53,905 bases of DNA. It comes from a virus. The notes under the pieces were generated by a model. That model had not been told where the DNA came from. It worked only from the letters and a program-made list of their open reading frames with translations, and did no database searches. Shown here piece after piece: positions 17,610-26,316 of the stretch. Within the stretch, counting starts at the first letter, position 1, and each line of letters begins with the position of its first letter. Position numbers and translations under genes: made by a program. The stretch lies in the IMG/VR virus record IMGVR_UViG_3300009964_000006. One strand, written 5' to 3'.

Positions 17610-19094
17610 CTATTCTTGCGTTTGCGATGTTGGATGAGTTTCCTTTTTCTCCTCTTTGATTTGTTGTAATTCGTCTTGTAACTCGCCATAGTTTGAACAG
17701 AAACTTACACCGTGTTCCATTGACCACACACCACCACTGACGGCAGCAGCAGCGGTTTCGACCTTATCACGCTCGCTATCAATCATGAAAGGAACAATCT
17801 CTGTTTCGATATTTATCGTCTTACTTGCAGCTTCGAGCGATGTGTTCAGCGTGCCAATAGCAGATGTGAGGAAATTAACTCTTCGTTGGAAAAACTCTCC
17901 CAATTCCTCTGCGTGGTTCTGTACTGCCATGTGAGCAGCCATAAAGACATATCGGAATGCCGTACCGCTAAGTGCATTGCCCGTGCCTTTGAGTTGGTCG
18001 AACGATATGCGAGGGGTGTTCGTTAGTCCGTATATCTGATTAAAGTATGTTTCTATCTCCACCTTGATAGGGTCGGAGGATTGATTCCATGTGAGGTATT
18101 GTGCATTTGCACCGTCCCCCGTTAATTGCATCATTCTGTTTCTTGCATCACCGCTCAAATTGTCGGGTTGCAACTCACCAAAGAGCATAAGGAGAGGAAA
18201 GAAATGATTATCAATACAATCCGCATAGCCACTCAAACACTTCTCTAATCGGACACGTAACTGCTTAATCTTTGCGCATAACGGCTCGGGACGAAAAGCA
18301 TACATAACGGGGAGTTTCTGGAACTGATGCGCAAACGTGCGTTCTACATTCTCTGACCATGTCTTATCAAGTTCCCACTGATACACCTTATCTGCGGTAA
18401 TAGTCATGAATACGGTGTGTTCGTTGCCGTCTAAGTCTTTCTTCTTGTATTCACGGGAGAAAGCTATCATGTTGCCGTTATCGTCAAAGAAAGGATATAA
18501 TGTATCACCGCGGAAAGGCGACCATATTTGCGACCTTAACTGATACTCTGGTACTTTATTTCCAAAGAGGGATGCAATTCTGCGCTTTAGCTGCGCCCAA
18601 AAGCCATCATCTTTGACAACATACCAATACTCCGCCACTTCCTGCTCTGATAACCACGAACGGACTAATTTGCGGTTTTGAAATTTCAGTTTATTCTTCT
18701 TGAATACCTGCTTGATGGTTTTAAACATATTCTTTTCTCCGTCATCTTCGGGATTACAGTCAAGCGTGGGTTCTGTACCTACACAAAAGGCGGTATGGAT
18801 ATTTACTATATCCTGCTCAATAGGGAGTGCAATACGATTAGGCTCTTTCATTTCGTATTGCGCAGGGATATGTGTAGTCTTTTTGCTCTCGGGGTCAAAC
18901 TTATCCTCTTCCATCTTTACAAGGACTTTAATCTTCTTGTAAAGTTCTGGGTTCATGATGTCGTGTTTCTTCATGTCCCAATCAGCAAGGTTTGATGATG
19001 TGTCGGGGAGAGGATTGCGCCTGCCCTTCTTGAGATAGCTAATCTTCTTATCAATGTCCTCAAGTGCGAGGATGTCATCTAATGTCTTTATCAT
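17610..19094 (-). CDS. Portal protein
   Basis: 494-aa ORF directly downstream of the terminase large subunit region; size and order are typical. Confidence 0.75.
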   Translation of the reverse strand: MIKTLDDILALEDIDKKISYLKKGRRNPLPDTSSNLADWDMKKHDIMNPELYKKIKVLVKMEEDKFDPESKKTTHIPAQYEMKEPNRIALPIEQDIVNIHTAFCVGTEPTLDCNPEDDGEKNMFKTIKQVFKKNKLKFQNRKLVRSWLSEQEVAEYWYVVKDDGFWAQLKRRIASLFGNKVPEYQLRSQIWSPFRGDTLYPFFDDNGNMIAFSREYKKKDLDGNEHTVFMTITADKVYQWELDKTWSENVERTFAHQFQKLPVMYAFRPEPLCAKIKQLRVRLEKCLSGYADCIDNHFFPLLMLFGELQPDNLSGDARNRMMQLTGDGANAQYLTWNQSSDPIKVEIETYFNQIYGLTNTPRISFDQLKGTGNALSGTAFRYVFMAAHMAVQNHAEELGEFFQRRVNFLTSAIGTLNTSLEAASKTINIETEIVPFMIDSERDKVETAAAAVSGGVWSMEHGVSFCSNYGELQDELQQIKEEKKETHPTSQTQE

Positions 19095-19098
19095 ATTG

Positions 19099-19221
19099 TT
19101 ATCCTTTCTTATTAGGTGGGAACACTTTTCTAATATTTACTGCATAGTCTTTCATATTTGCTGCGGCATCTTTGAAAGTACATGCCATATTTTCTCCTGT
19201 ACGTAAAACAAGGTTATCCAT
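19099..19221 (-). CDS. Small hypothetical protein (40 aa)
   Basis: Hand-found ORF MDNLVLRTGENMACTFKDAAANMKDYAVNIRKVFPPNKKG. It ends 5 nt before the portal ATG and is below the track cutoff. Confidence 0.35.
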   Translation of the reverse strand: MDNLVLRTGENMACTFKDAAANMKDYAVNIRKVFPPNKKG

Positions 19222-19227
19222 ACGCTA

Positions 19228-19362
19228 CTATTGTTTTATAATTCTAAACACCTTCCCGTGATGTTTTTCCAACCCTTTCATATACTCAAAGGCTACATGT
19301 GGGTGGTTTGATGCAAAAACATCACGGAAATTGAATAAATCTTTTGTCTGAACTATATACAT
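19228..19362 (-). CDS. Small hypothetical protein (44 aa)
   Basis: Hand-found ORF MYIVQTKDLFNFRDVFASNHPHVAFEYMKGLEKHHGKVFRIIKQ between the terL and portal genes. Confidence 0.35.
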   Translation of the reverse strand: MYIVQTKDLFNFRDVFASNHPHVAFEYMKGLEKHHGKVFRIIKQ

Positions 19363-19375
19363 ATCGTTATCCTAT

Positions 19376-20668
19376 TTATCGAGCGAAAGCTGCTGCCATG
19401 TCGCCCTTTGGTTTCAAAATCTTTCCTAATAGTTGCCCAAGGACATAATAGCGAACCGCATCTATGCCGTGGTTATACTTGTCTATTGGTTGGTTGATAT
19501 AATTGCCGTCCTTATCAGTGTCCCATACATACTTTCTGAACTCTGTACGGAGGTTATATGACCGCTCTGTAACAAATATATGGTCAAAGGATAGCATCTT
19601 GTCTATTCCTGCTATGATAGAGTTACCACTCTTATCTACGGGATATATTTTTATACCTGCATTGTGTATCTCTTGTATCAGTCGGGGGTCTGCACTCTCG
19701 GAGAACACCTTTAATCCGCCATAGCGTTTGAGTTCCTTTGCAATATCAGATGACAACATACCCGTGCGATAGAAGATTTCATCAAGATACAAGTCGTTAT
19801 CGATGATACCACATAGTATTCCTGCGCTCGGGTCATGGGTAAATCCAAAGTCATCACCGATAGCAACCTTCTTGCACCATTTCGGGAACTCCTTAACAAC
19901 TCCGATTTTCTTAAATACTGCACCTTCTGCCACGTCTGCCCACCTGCCCATAGCGATATGGGCGTACTTCTCGGGGTCGTTCTTCTTTAACTCCTCCATT
20001 TCTCTCAAGAACTCGGGAGAAAGATTTGGAAGATTATCCAAATATGTCGTATGGATATGCAACACGTTCGGGTGGGTGCTTATCTGAACAGGCACACCAT
20101 CATACATCACCTCCTTATGGGTATTCTCTAAAAATCGCTTATAAACCCAATGGTTATTGTCCGTAGGGTTCATAATGATGATAATTCTGTTCTGTATTCC
20201 TTTCTGACGAATAGAGAGCATAATTGTTTCAAACTCTCGCTCTGATACCCACTCCTCCGCCTCGTCTACTACAAAGGTTGTAACGCCGTGAATAGATTTC
20301 AACTTTGCCGTTTGATTTCCGCTTGATGTCTTAATACCCCTAAACATCACTGCACCACCACTGCGGAGGTTCTTTACATCTGTTTTAGTGTGCGTGTACC
20401 ATTTCGAGTTTCCATCAAGTTCCACCTTCTCCATAAACTCGGGGATAACAGATATTGAAGCCGATACCATAGTGTAACGAGTATAGAGTATCTGATGAAC
20501 TATCCGCTTTGCTGGAGTAGGATGTTTTACCTCAAACAACAGACGCTCAATGAAAGTGGAAACATTGAAACTCTTTCCACTTCCTCTACCCCCTGTAACA
20601 AGAATGATAAACTTGTCCTTGTTATGGTATAACGGAGCATATATCTGTTGAGGGGTTATTCTATTCAT
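19376..20668 (-). CDS. terL: Terminase large subunit
   Basis: Walker A VTGGRGSGKS near the N-terminus, 430 aa, overlaps terS by 8 nt. Confidence 0.85.
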   Translation of the reverse strand: MNRITPQQIYAPLYHNKDKFIILVTGGRGSGKSFNVSTFIERLLFEVKHPTPAKRIVHQILYTRYTMVSASISVIPEFMEKVELDGNSKWYTHTKTDVKNLRSGGAVMFRGIKTSSGNQTAKLKSIHGVTTFVVDEAEEWVSEREFETIMLSIRQKGIQNRIIIIMNPTDNNHWVYKRFLENTHKEVMYDGVPVQISTHPNVLHIHTTYLDNLPNLSPEFLREMEELKKNDPEKYAHIAMGRWADVAEGAVFKKIGVVKEFPKWCKKVAIGDDFGFTHDPSAGILCGIIDNDLYLDEIFYRTGMLSSDIAKELKRYGGLKVFSESADPRLIQEIHNAGIKIYPVDKSGNSIIAGIDKMLSFDHIFVTERSYNLRTEFRKYVWDTDKDGNYINQPIDKYNHGIDAVRYYVLGQLLGKILKPKGDMAAAFAR

Positions 20669-21224
20669 TTGTATTGTCGGTCATCCATTTGTCAATGTCG
20701 ATACCATTCTCGGAGTACAAAGCATCTTCATCGTCTTGTTTCTTCTCCATCTTACGCCATGTCGGGTCATGATGATAGAGTAGGGTTGCGATAGCCTGCA
20801 TATTAGGAGGTAACTCTATTTCGGACTCTTGCACCACTGCTTTATCCGTCAGCGTTACCCAGCCTGTACCACCGCAATAGGGGCATTTCTTATCTGCCCC
20901 CATACACTCGCACTTATCTTGTACGAACTTAACTATCCTTGATTTTGTCTTCTTGCCACCTATCGCACCTTTGATGTATGTACCACGAAGCAAAGCTACA
21001 ATTCTTGTCCGTCCATGTGTTAAGACCCTATTGATTTCTGTCCCTCTGCGCTTGTTTTCCTCATCGTTCCAACATTGATAGTTACCGTTCTTCATAGAGC
21101 CAAACACATCTGCGGATAGGTTGAGTTCATTCGCAATCTCGCTATCCGTGTATCCGTTCATTGCAAGCTGCTCTATGCGCTTGTAGAAGTCTGGGCTGTC
21201 ATAGTCGTGTTTTGGTTTTGCCAT
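20661..21224 (-). CDS. terS: Terminase small subunit with HTH and a Cys4 zinc ribbon
   Basis: NGYTDSEIANELNLS is HTH-like. CECMGADKKCPYCGGTGW is a zinc ribbon. It lies immediately upstream of terL. Confidence 0.65.
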   Translation of the reverse strand: MAKPKHDYDSPDFYKRIEQLAMNGYTDSEIANELNLSADVFGSMKNGNYQCWNDEENKRRGTEINRVLTHGRTRIVALLRGTYIKGAIGGKKTKSRIVKFVQDKCECMGADKKCPYCGGTGWVTLTDKAVVQESEIELPPNMQAIATLLYHHDPTWRKMEKKQDDEDALYSENGIDIDKWMTDNTNE

Positions 21225-21325
21225 ATCTTTTAACGATTATAATTTGCTTTTATCGAATATTCTCTTTACCTTTGCAATGTAAAGTCGTTGAAATGAGAGA
21301 GTAGCACCGTAATCGGGTTAGCAAA

Positions 21326-21802
21326 TCATTTTGGCGGCTTTGTTTTATGCACATTCTTTATCTCCACATCGAATGTATTCTGGTCTATTATTGCATAAGG
21401 TTTAAATTTGCCAGTGCTTTTTATTTTCCTCATACACAGATAACTATTTGCACCAAGGCTTCTGTTATAATATGCAAAGAAAGCAGTTTCTGGGTGTTTG
21501 CCCTCTATAACATTTCTCCACCCTACAAATTTGGATTTTCGGATGTAGCTTACTATGTCCATCGCCAAAGCATTTTTGATTGCATTGAATTTGTTATCTG
21601 CCGTATTCTTGCTGACGATAGTTTTCAAGTCAGACTTTGTGATTTCGACATCCATTTTTATACCTTTGGTTATCGTGAATAATTTAGGACGCCCCACAAG
21701 TTTATCAGCCAACTCCATAACTCTGTTGCGCAATCTTTTACTTTCTTTGTAATAATCCCTTTTATTGCCTATGCCATATATGTCTATTCCCTCACCATTC
21801 AT
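21326..21802 (-). CDS. Hypothetical protein (158 aa), possibly a polyvalent-protein-type nuclease-like domain
   Basis: ORF coupled to the ParB-like gene (4-nt overlap). No motif I can name with confidence. Confidence 0.5.
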   Translation of the reverse strand: MNGEGIDIYGIGNKRDYYKESKRLRNRVMELADKLVGRPKLFTITKGIKMDVEITKSDLKTIVSKNTADNKFNAIKNALAMDIVSYIRKSKFVGWRNVIEGKHPETAFFAYYNRSLGANSYLCMRKIKSTGKFKPYAIIDQNTFDVEIKNVHKTKPPK

Positions 21803-22554
21803 TCTGTTAAGAGTGTTTCTATCTTCTCTGAGAACACTTCCCCTTTGAGGAACTTCTCTTCGGGGTTAAAGCCGAACTTCTCACAAAATTCCGCCTTTGC
21901 CTCCCAATTGTCGAATGATAGCATAAGGTAAGCGTTCATATTTGCAGCTGCCTTTGTAGCGGCTTGTTTCACTTCTTCTTTTACTTGCTTCATGTGAGCA
22001 ACCTTTTCCGCTCTCTCGGCTTGCCGTTGTGCTACTTCTGCTTGATGCTGTTCTTGCACGGGTTCCATAAGGTCGCCTAACTCACCTACGATGTTATTTT
22101 CTTCCTCTGTTTGAAAGTTGAAATCCACACCGATAATATCGAGGTCTTGTTCTGATAGTCCTGCATCTTTGTAGTCAATATCAGGAATAAGCTCACGGAT
22201 AGTATCGTAATTCCACTCGCCCTGGGCTGATGGGTTGTTGAGAAGTATAAGAAGCTCTTTCTCTTCTTTCTCCTCAACATCTATCAAGTCCACTCGGATA
22301 GGATAGTTATTATCCTTTGTTTCGGGATTGTACTTTTGGAGTTCGTCCATGACCGAAAGCCGTTGATGTCCGCTTACAAGTGTATATCCTGTTCGCTTGT
22401 TCACCACAATGCCTCCGACCATGCCGAACTTCTTTATACCACGTTTGAGAGCCTTGCGGTTCTCTTCAGGAATAGTACGAGGGTTCTGCTCGTGAAGTTT
22501 AATTTGCGAGCGTAGAAGTTCCACGCTCTCTGATGTGAAGTATTTGTTATCCAT
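21799..22554 (-). CDS. ParB/Srx-fold N-terminal-domain protein (IbrB-like)
   Basis: The motif IVVNKRTGYTLVSGHQRL is the ParB-N GxxR box. It has an acidic, coiled C-terminal half and is adjacent to the PAPS-reductase-like gene. Confidence 0.7.
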   Translation of the reverse strand: MDNKYFTSESVELLRSQIKLHEQNPRTIPEENRKALKRGIKKFGMVGGIVVNKRTGYTLVSGHQRLSVMDELQKYNPETKDNNYPIRVDLIDVEEKEEKELLILLNNPSAQGEWNYDTIRELIPDIDYKDAGLSEQDLDIIGVDFNFQTEEENNIVGELGDLMEPVQEQHQAEVAQRQAERAEKVAHMKQVKEEVKQAATKAAANMNAYLMLSFDNWEAKAEFCEKFGFNPEEKFLKGEVFSEKIETLLTE

Positions 22555-22575
22555 CTGACTTGTCTCTTTTACTTG

Positions 22576-22809
22576 TTATCCTGTTACATTGCCTTTTGAA
22601 CGAGTTTTATTAGACAGCATATTATTTCTCGCTGATATAATTCTATTATAATTCCTAATAAAACTATCATAGCTTTGTTGTCTGTTTACATTTCTCCTTA
22701 TCAACGAACCTGCACGGTTTATAATTCCACTATATTGTCCTGCCTGTGTACTGTTAGGACTTATCGATGAATTATAATCTAAAGTTCTTCTTGAAACGCG
22801 TCTTGCCAT
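22576..22809 (-). CDS. Small Arg/Asn-rich basic protein (paralog A)
   Basis: Starts MARRVSRRTLDYN. Shares its start and composition with 23499..23714. Confidence 0.5.
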   Translation of the reverse strand: MARRVSRRTLDYNSSISPNSTQAGQYSGIINRAGSLIRRNVNRQQSYDSFIRNYNRIISARNNMLSNKTRSKGNVTG

Positions 22810-22811
22810 AA

Positions 22812-23495
22812 TTATTCTTTGTTATCCTGTTTATAATTTTCTTCAAATAAAATTCTCTCGCTCATTGGAAACACTTTGTATATCTTCTCTAAGTCCTGCG
22901 GATAGTGCTCGTTAAGCCATGTGAAGCAATCTATGTTAAAGCCAATTCCATTGCTTGCCTTGTTACCGTATAAAACTGGTTGTGGTAAACGCTTCATACG
23001 CATATATGCTTTAACGTCTTTCTGCGTCCACGATGCAAGCGGATAGACTAAGCCGTTATTCTCATACTCGTTAGCTTCATAGCCTTTAAGCATAAGGTTT
23101 CGGTTCATGCCGTCCGCTTTCTTCATGCCTAAGAATGTATAATACGCCCCTGTCTTTAACCTCACCGCCTTAATCACATCAGCGAGTTTCAGTAGCTTTA
23201 CTTTCGGATTAGGAACGCAATACAGACCGCCACGAAGAATATAAGTTAAATTCCAATGAGGAACTTGTATAAACTCTACCTTTGGATATTTCTTCTTCAC
23301 CCACCTTATCCAACCATTAATGTGGTCTAAGTCCTTAACGAAGTACATAAACACACATACAACTCTTTCAAAGCGTGGATAGACTAAATCCAAAGTAACG
23401 AGCGAATCCTTGCCAAGAGAACACATAACGATGCAAGATGACTGCTTTTCAGCCACCCTGCATATTACGTTATGTGCTTCTTGTAACTTGTTCAT
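22812..23495 (-). CDS. Phosphoadenosine phosphosulfate (PAPS) reductase-family protein (IbrA/DndC-like PP-loop)
   Basis: N-terminal PP-loop variant VMCSLGKDSLVTLD, 227 aa. Confidence 0.7.
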   Translation of the reverse strand: MNKLQEAHNVICRVAEKQSSCIVMCSLGKDSLVTLDLVYPRFERVVCVFMYFVKDLDHINGWIRWVKKKYPKVEFIQVPHWNLTYILRGGLYCVPNPKVKLLKLADVIKAVRLKTGAYYTFLGMKKADGMNRNLMLKGYEANEYENNGLVYPLASWTQKDVKAYMRMKRLPQPVLYGNKASNGIGFNIDCFTWLNEHYPQDLEKIYKVFPMSERILFEENYKQDNKE

Positions 23496-23498
23496 ACA

Positions 23499-23714
23499 CT
23501 AGCCGTTACTCATTCCAAACGCAGCTCTCACATCTCTGTATCGCTGATTTCTCGTACCGAATTTACTTGCCGTTTTCTTTGCGGCACGCATTTCTGATGA
23601 ATTGCGGTAGTTGCCTTTGTAGCCTCGTGCAAATTTGCCATCTGTGCCACGTACAGATACGGTACGCACATTGCGATTAATTCCGACACGATTTTTGCTT
23701 ACTCTTCTTGCCAT
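23499..23714 (-). CDS. Small Arg-rich basic protein (paralog B)
   Basis: Starts MARRVSKNRVGIN and is 71 aa, strongly basic. Confidence 0.5.
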   Translation of the reverse strand: MARRVSKNRVGINRNVRTVSVRGTDGKFARGYKGNYRNSSEMRAAKKTASKFGTRNQRYRDVRAAFGMSNG

Positions 23715-23733
23715 AATCTAATACCTATTGAGA

Positions 23734-24135
23734 TTACACTTTCTTCGACTTGTCTCTTATATTGTGTGAAAGTACTTTACCCAAATCAAACACTACTTGC
23801 TCGGCTACCCATACAAGTGGATTGCCATCTTTGTCCCTGCCATGTTCGTAAGTGATAGGCTCGTTATTCTCATCTACGAATATCTCGCAATGAGCACCCA
23901 CAACCTCTACAAGTGCATTATCTCTGTCTTTGTTGTAGCCAACATAGAACTGAATGGCATCATACTTGATAGGCTGCGCATTGCCGTCTGCATCTTCTAC
24001 TTCGTAGCCGTCTTCATCAAGCTGTAATAGCTTTTTGATAGTTGTAGGGCGAACCTCACGAAATTCTTGCACTTTACGACCTGCAAGGATTGCATCGAAA
24101 TACTTTTGTTTGATGATAAGATTTAATACTTTCAT
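23734..24135 (-). CDS. ASCH (PUA-fold) domain protein
   Basis: MKVLNLIIKQKYFDAILAGRKVQEFREVRP matches the ASCH N-terminal pattern (K..YFD.I..G.K..E.R). Confidence 0.6.
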   Translation of the reverse strand: MKVLNLIIKQKYFDAILAGRKVQEFREVRPTTIKKLLQLDEDGYEVEDADGNAQPIKYDAIQFYVGYNKDRDNALVEVVGAHCEIFVDENNEPITYEHGRDKDGNPLVWVAEQVVFDLGKVLSHNIRDKSKKV

Positions 24136-24245
24136 ACGACTTTTCTCTTTTTTAATGTATCACAAAGATACTGTTTAACATTATTATATTTAGAAATAAT
24201 CCGTCCATTAAAGCCACAACGGGCGGATTGTTGCAAAATCATTGT

Positions 24246-24273
24246 GAGGCGGTGGTTAGCCGCCTCGTTACCT
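24246..24273 (-). promoter_or_regulatory. Intercistronic RNA hairpin element, copy 2 (mRNA sense AGGTAACG-AGGCGG-CTAACCA-CCGCCTC)
   Basis: 7-bp stem 24246..24252 / 24260..24266 with the same 7-nt loop and the same flanking 8-mer as copy 1. It starts right after stop codon 24274..24276. Confidence 0.5.
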
Positions 24274-24453
24274 TTATAGATTCATGAATTTTTCTCTACC
24301 CGTAACCTCTTTAAGGTTGAAGAAATCGGCCTTAGCAACTCTTCTTCTGCGTGCTCTATTTCTCTCTATGTCTTCGATAGAAGATTGGTTCAAAGCCTTG
24401 CTAAATGCTGCGAGAACATCTGCGTCTGTGAAAGCGTCTGCATTCATAATCAT
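24274..24453 (-). CDS. Small hypothetical protein (59 aa), first gene of the late transcript
   Basis: Hand-found ORF MIMNADAFTDADVLAAFSKALNQSSIEDIERNRARRRRVAKADFFNLKEVTGREKFMNL, 39 nt downstream of a -7 box. Confidence 0.45.
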   Translation of the reverse strand: MIMNADAFTDADVLAAFSKALNQSSIEDIERNRARRRRVAKADFFNLKEVTGREKFMNL

Positions 24454-24491
24454 ATATTTAATTGTTATTACTTTGTTTTTTAATCACGTTG

Positions 24492-24499
24492 CAAAGATA
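24492..24499 (-). promoter_or_regulatory. Bacteroidota -7 promoter box (TATCTTTG on the minus strand), candidate late promoter
   Basis: Plus-strand CAAAGATA in the divergent intergenic region 24454..24689. Confidence 0.5.
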
Positions 24500-24621
24500 T
24501 TACTTTTATTTGATAAAGTATATACTAAATAGGGTTTTAACAAAAGATTAACGTTTGAATAAGTATATACTAAAAAGCGTTAAACAAAAGTCATATATTT
24601 GCTTTTGAAAAAACATATACC

Positions 24622-24629
24622 TAACTTTG
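24622..24629 (+). promoter_or_regulatory. Bacteroidota -7 promoter box TAACTTTG
   Basis: TAnnTTTG match 61 nt upstream of ATG 24690. Confidence 0.5.
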
Positions 24630-24689
24630 CAACATCAAACAAAACAAATAAAAGAAAGGTGAGACACACCAAAAAACTGTAACAATAAA

Positions 24690-25103
24690 ATGAAAAATTT
24701 AACTCTAAATACTTTCAAACTTAAATATACAAAAACAGTAGGTAAACAAGGACACGAAAGAACAAAGAAAAACACAAAGTATCGCAGAACTTTCGGTAAT
24801 ATGCCAGTAGTGCAGGCATACGCACAATATAAGGCTGAACACGATGCAAGAATGGCTAAATATGATGAGTTAGAAAAAAAGATTTCTAACTTTGAGAAAT
24901 ATCTTATTTCTCAAAACGCACGCTTCACACAAAGCAATAAGAGCGAAAGCCGCTACTATTATTATAACGGCAAAAAATATCGCTTTAGTGCGCATGTTTA
25001 CCCAACAGGCTCAATGACAAATGAATTGTTGGGCGTGGTTGATTTGTGCGCCGATAAGGAATTGATAAACGAAATAGAAAAAGAATTAAATATAACATTA
25101 TAA
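24690..25103 (+). CDS. Hypothetical basic protein (137 aa)
   Basis: Track ORF. Lys-rich N-terminus, and a SRYYYYNGKKYRFSAHVYPTGSM segment with no recognised motif. Confidence 0.55.
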   Translation: MKNLTLNTFKLKYTKTVGKQGHERTKKNTKYRRTFGNMPVVQAYAQYKAEHDARMAKYDELEKKISNFEKYLISQNARFTQSNKSESRYYYYNGKKYRFSAHVYPTGSMTNELLGVVDLCADKELINEIEKELNITL

Positions 25104-25106
25104 AAT

Positions 25107-25484
25107 ATGGATAAATACATTATACAACAAAGCAGTACCCACCCTAACAAGTGGGTACTCACCGACACCACAAACAAAATTGTGGTTACGTTTGAAGATG
25201 GTGCTTTTAATAGCACGCAAAAGGTTACAATGTTAGATGATACCCACCTAACAGCTAACGAACTCGCAAAAGTAATGCGAGAGTTAGGCGAATGGGTGAT
25301 ACGCTACCATAGTAGCAAGTGCTTTAATTCGCCATACGGCATAGAGTATAGCGAAGATGATGCAAAGATGTATTTGTATCGTCGCAAGTCTCCAAAGTGG
25401 CGTTTAGAAATACAAGACAACATAGACAAAAAAGAACTTGCCGACAGCTTGAAGAAAGCAGCTGAATGGCTTAAAAAACGGTAG
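25107..25484 (+). CDS. Hypothetical protein (125 aa)
   Basis: Track ORF, 3 nt after the previous stop. Confidence 0.55.
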   Translation: MDKYIIQQSSTHPNKWVLTDTTNKIVVTFEDGAFNSTQKVTMLDDTHLTANELAKVMRELGEWVIRYHSSKCFNSPYGIEYSEDDAKMYLYRRKSPKWRLEIQDNIDKKELADSLKKAAEWLKKR

Positions 25485-25486
25485 AT

Positions 25487-25672
25487 ATGGCAGGAGCAAA
25501 AGGTAAAAGCGGAGGAAAGAGAATAGGTGCAGGGCGACCTGCGATTACTGGCAAAGCATATAATTATAAGGCTGATAAAGATTTAATACCTATTCTTGAT
25601 AAACAGGAGAATAGAAACAGATTCATTAATGATGCTGTAAGAGAAAAGTCCGAAAAGGAAGGACTACTCTAA
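25487..25672 (+). CDS. Small ribbon-helix-helix-like DNA-binding protein (tentative)
   Basis: 61 aa with a Gly/Lys-rich N-terminus, then YNYKADKDLIPILDKQENRNRFINDAVREK, which resembles a beta-strand/helix/helix RHH layout. Confidence 0.45.
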   Translation: MAGAKGKSGGKRIGAGRPAITGKAYNYKADKDLIPILDKQENRNRFINDAVREKSEKEGLL

Positions 25673-26065
25673 TATTTTATTGACCTTTAGGATTAGTTCG
25701 TCCACGCCTTGACGAAAATCTGAATAGGTGGTGTAAAGTACCATTAACTCTGTACAGGTCGCTGAAATAACGCTTGCGCAGGTTACTTTGGTAGCTTTGG
25801 TTATGGCACGTCTAAGCCCCTGCGGCATCTTACCACCAAAGAATTTATTAGGAGAGTAAAGGTAAATGACAACGAATATAAACTCTTTGCGGTCGTTTAC
25901 CTTTATTTCTTTGCCCTTTAATTCCTCGAATACTTTGTAAATCTTTGGAATGAGATTTAAGTCTTTCAATTTAGGAGATGTGGCAATCTCATTATCTACT
26001 ATGGCTTGACGGAGAGTCGTGCGTGCCTTTTCTATCCTCTTGATTGTTTCTATTATATTTTCCAT
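25664..26065 (-). CDS. Hypothetical protein (133 aa)
   Basis: Track ORF 25664..26092 trimmed to ATG 26065 (MENIIETIKRIEK...). A TATTTTTG -7 box on the minus strand (plus 26079..26086) lies just upstream. Confidence 0.55.
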   Translation of the reverse strand: MENIIETIKRIEKARTTLRQAIVDNEIATSPKLKDLNLIPKIYKVFEELKGKEIKVNDRKEFIFVVIYLYSPNKFFGGKMPQGLRRAITKATKVTCASVISATCTELMVLYTTYSDFRQGVDELILKVNKILE

Positions 26066-26155
26066 TTTTACTTTTCTACAAAAATAATACAAAGAATACG
26101 CTTCAGGGAATAACTATTACGTAACAATTCGAGGAATAAAATAATAAAAGCCAAA

Positions 26156-26227
26156 TTCAGTGTGTTGTTCAGTGTGTTGTTCAGTGTGTTGTTCAGTGTG
26201 TTGTTCAGTGTGTTGTTCAGTGTGTTG
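26156..26227. repeat. Six perfect tandem copies of the 12-mer TTCAGTGTGTTG
   Basis: Copies start at 26156, 26168, 26180, 26192, 26204 and 26216. Confidence 0.95.
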
Positions 26228-26239
26228 CTTTTAATTTTT

Positions 26240-26280
26240 CACCTTTGTAAAAATCTAATATAAAGACAATTACAAAGGTG
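26240..26280. repeat. Perfect 11-bp inverted repeat CACCTTTGTAA / TTACAAAGGTG with a 19-nt AT-rich spacer
   Basis: 26240..26250 and 26270..26280. Each arm contains CACCTTTG, one mismatch from the TAnnTTTG -7 box. Confidence 0.9.
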
Positions 26281-26316
26281 TTCAGTGTGTTGTTCAGTGT
26301 GTTGTTCAGTGTGTTG
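26281..26316. repeat. Three more tandem copies of TTCAGTGTGTTG
   Basis: Copies start at 26281, 26293 and 26305, and end at the integrase stop codon (26317..26319). Confidence 0.95.

Noticed and set aside
21267-21274. Plus-strand TACCTTTG box (TACCTTTGCAATGTAAA, similar to the promoter B context) in the terS-upstream spacer, pointing antisense into gene 21326..21802
   Set aside because: It could be an antisense promoter, but there is no downstream plus-strand ORF, terminator or repeat to support it. A single 8-mer match can occur by chance in AT-rich DNA.
26156-26316. Possible CRISPR array (also considered for 44152..44239 and 51552..51617)
   Set aside because: The repeats are directly abutting 12-mers or 22-mers with no unique spacers, and there are no cas genes in the genome.
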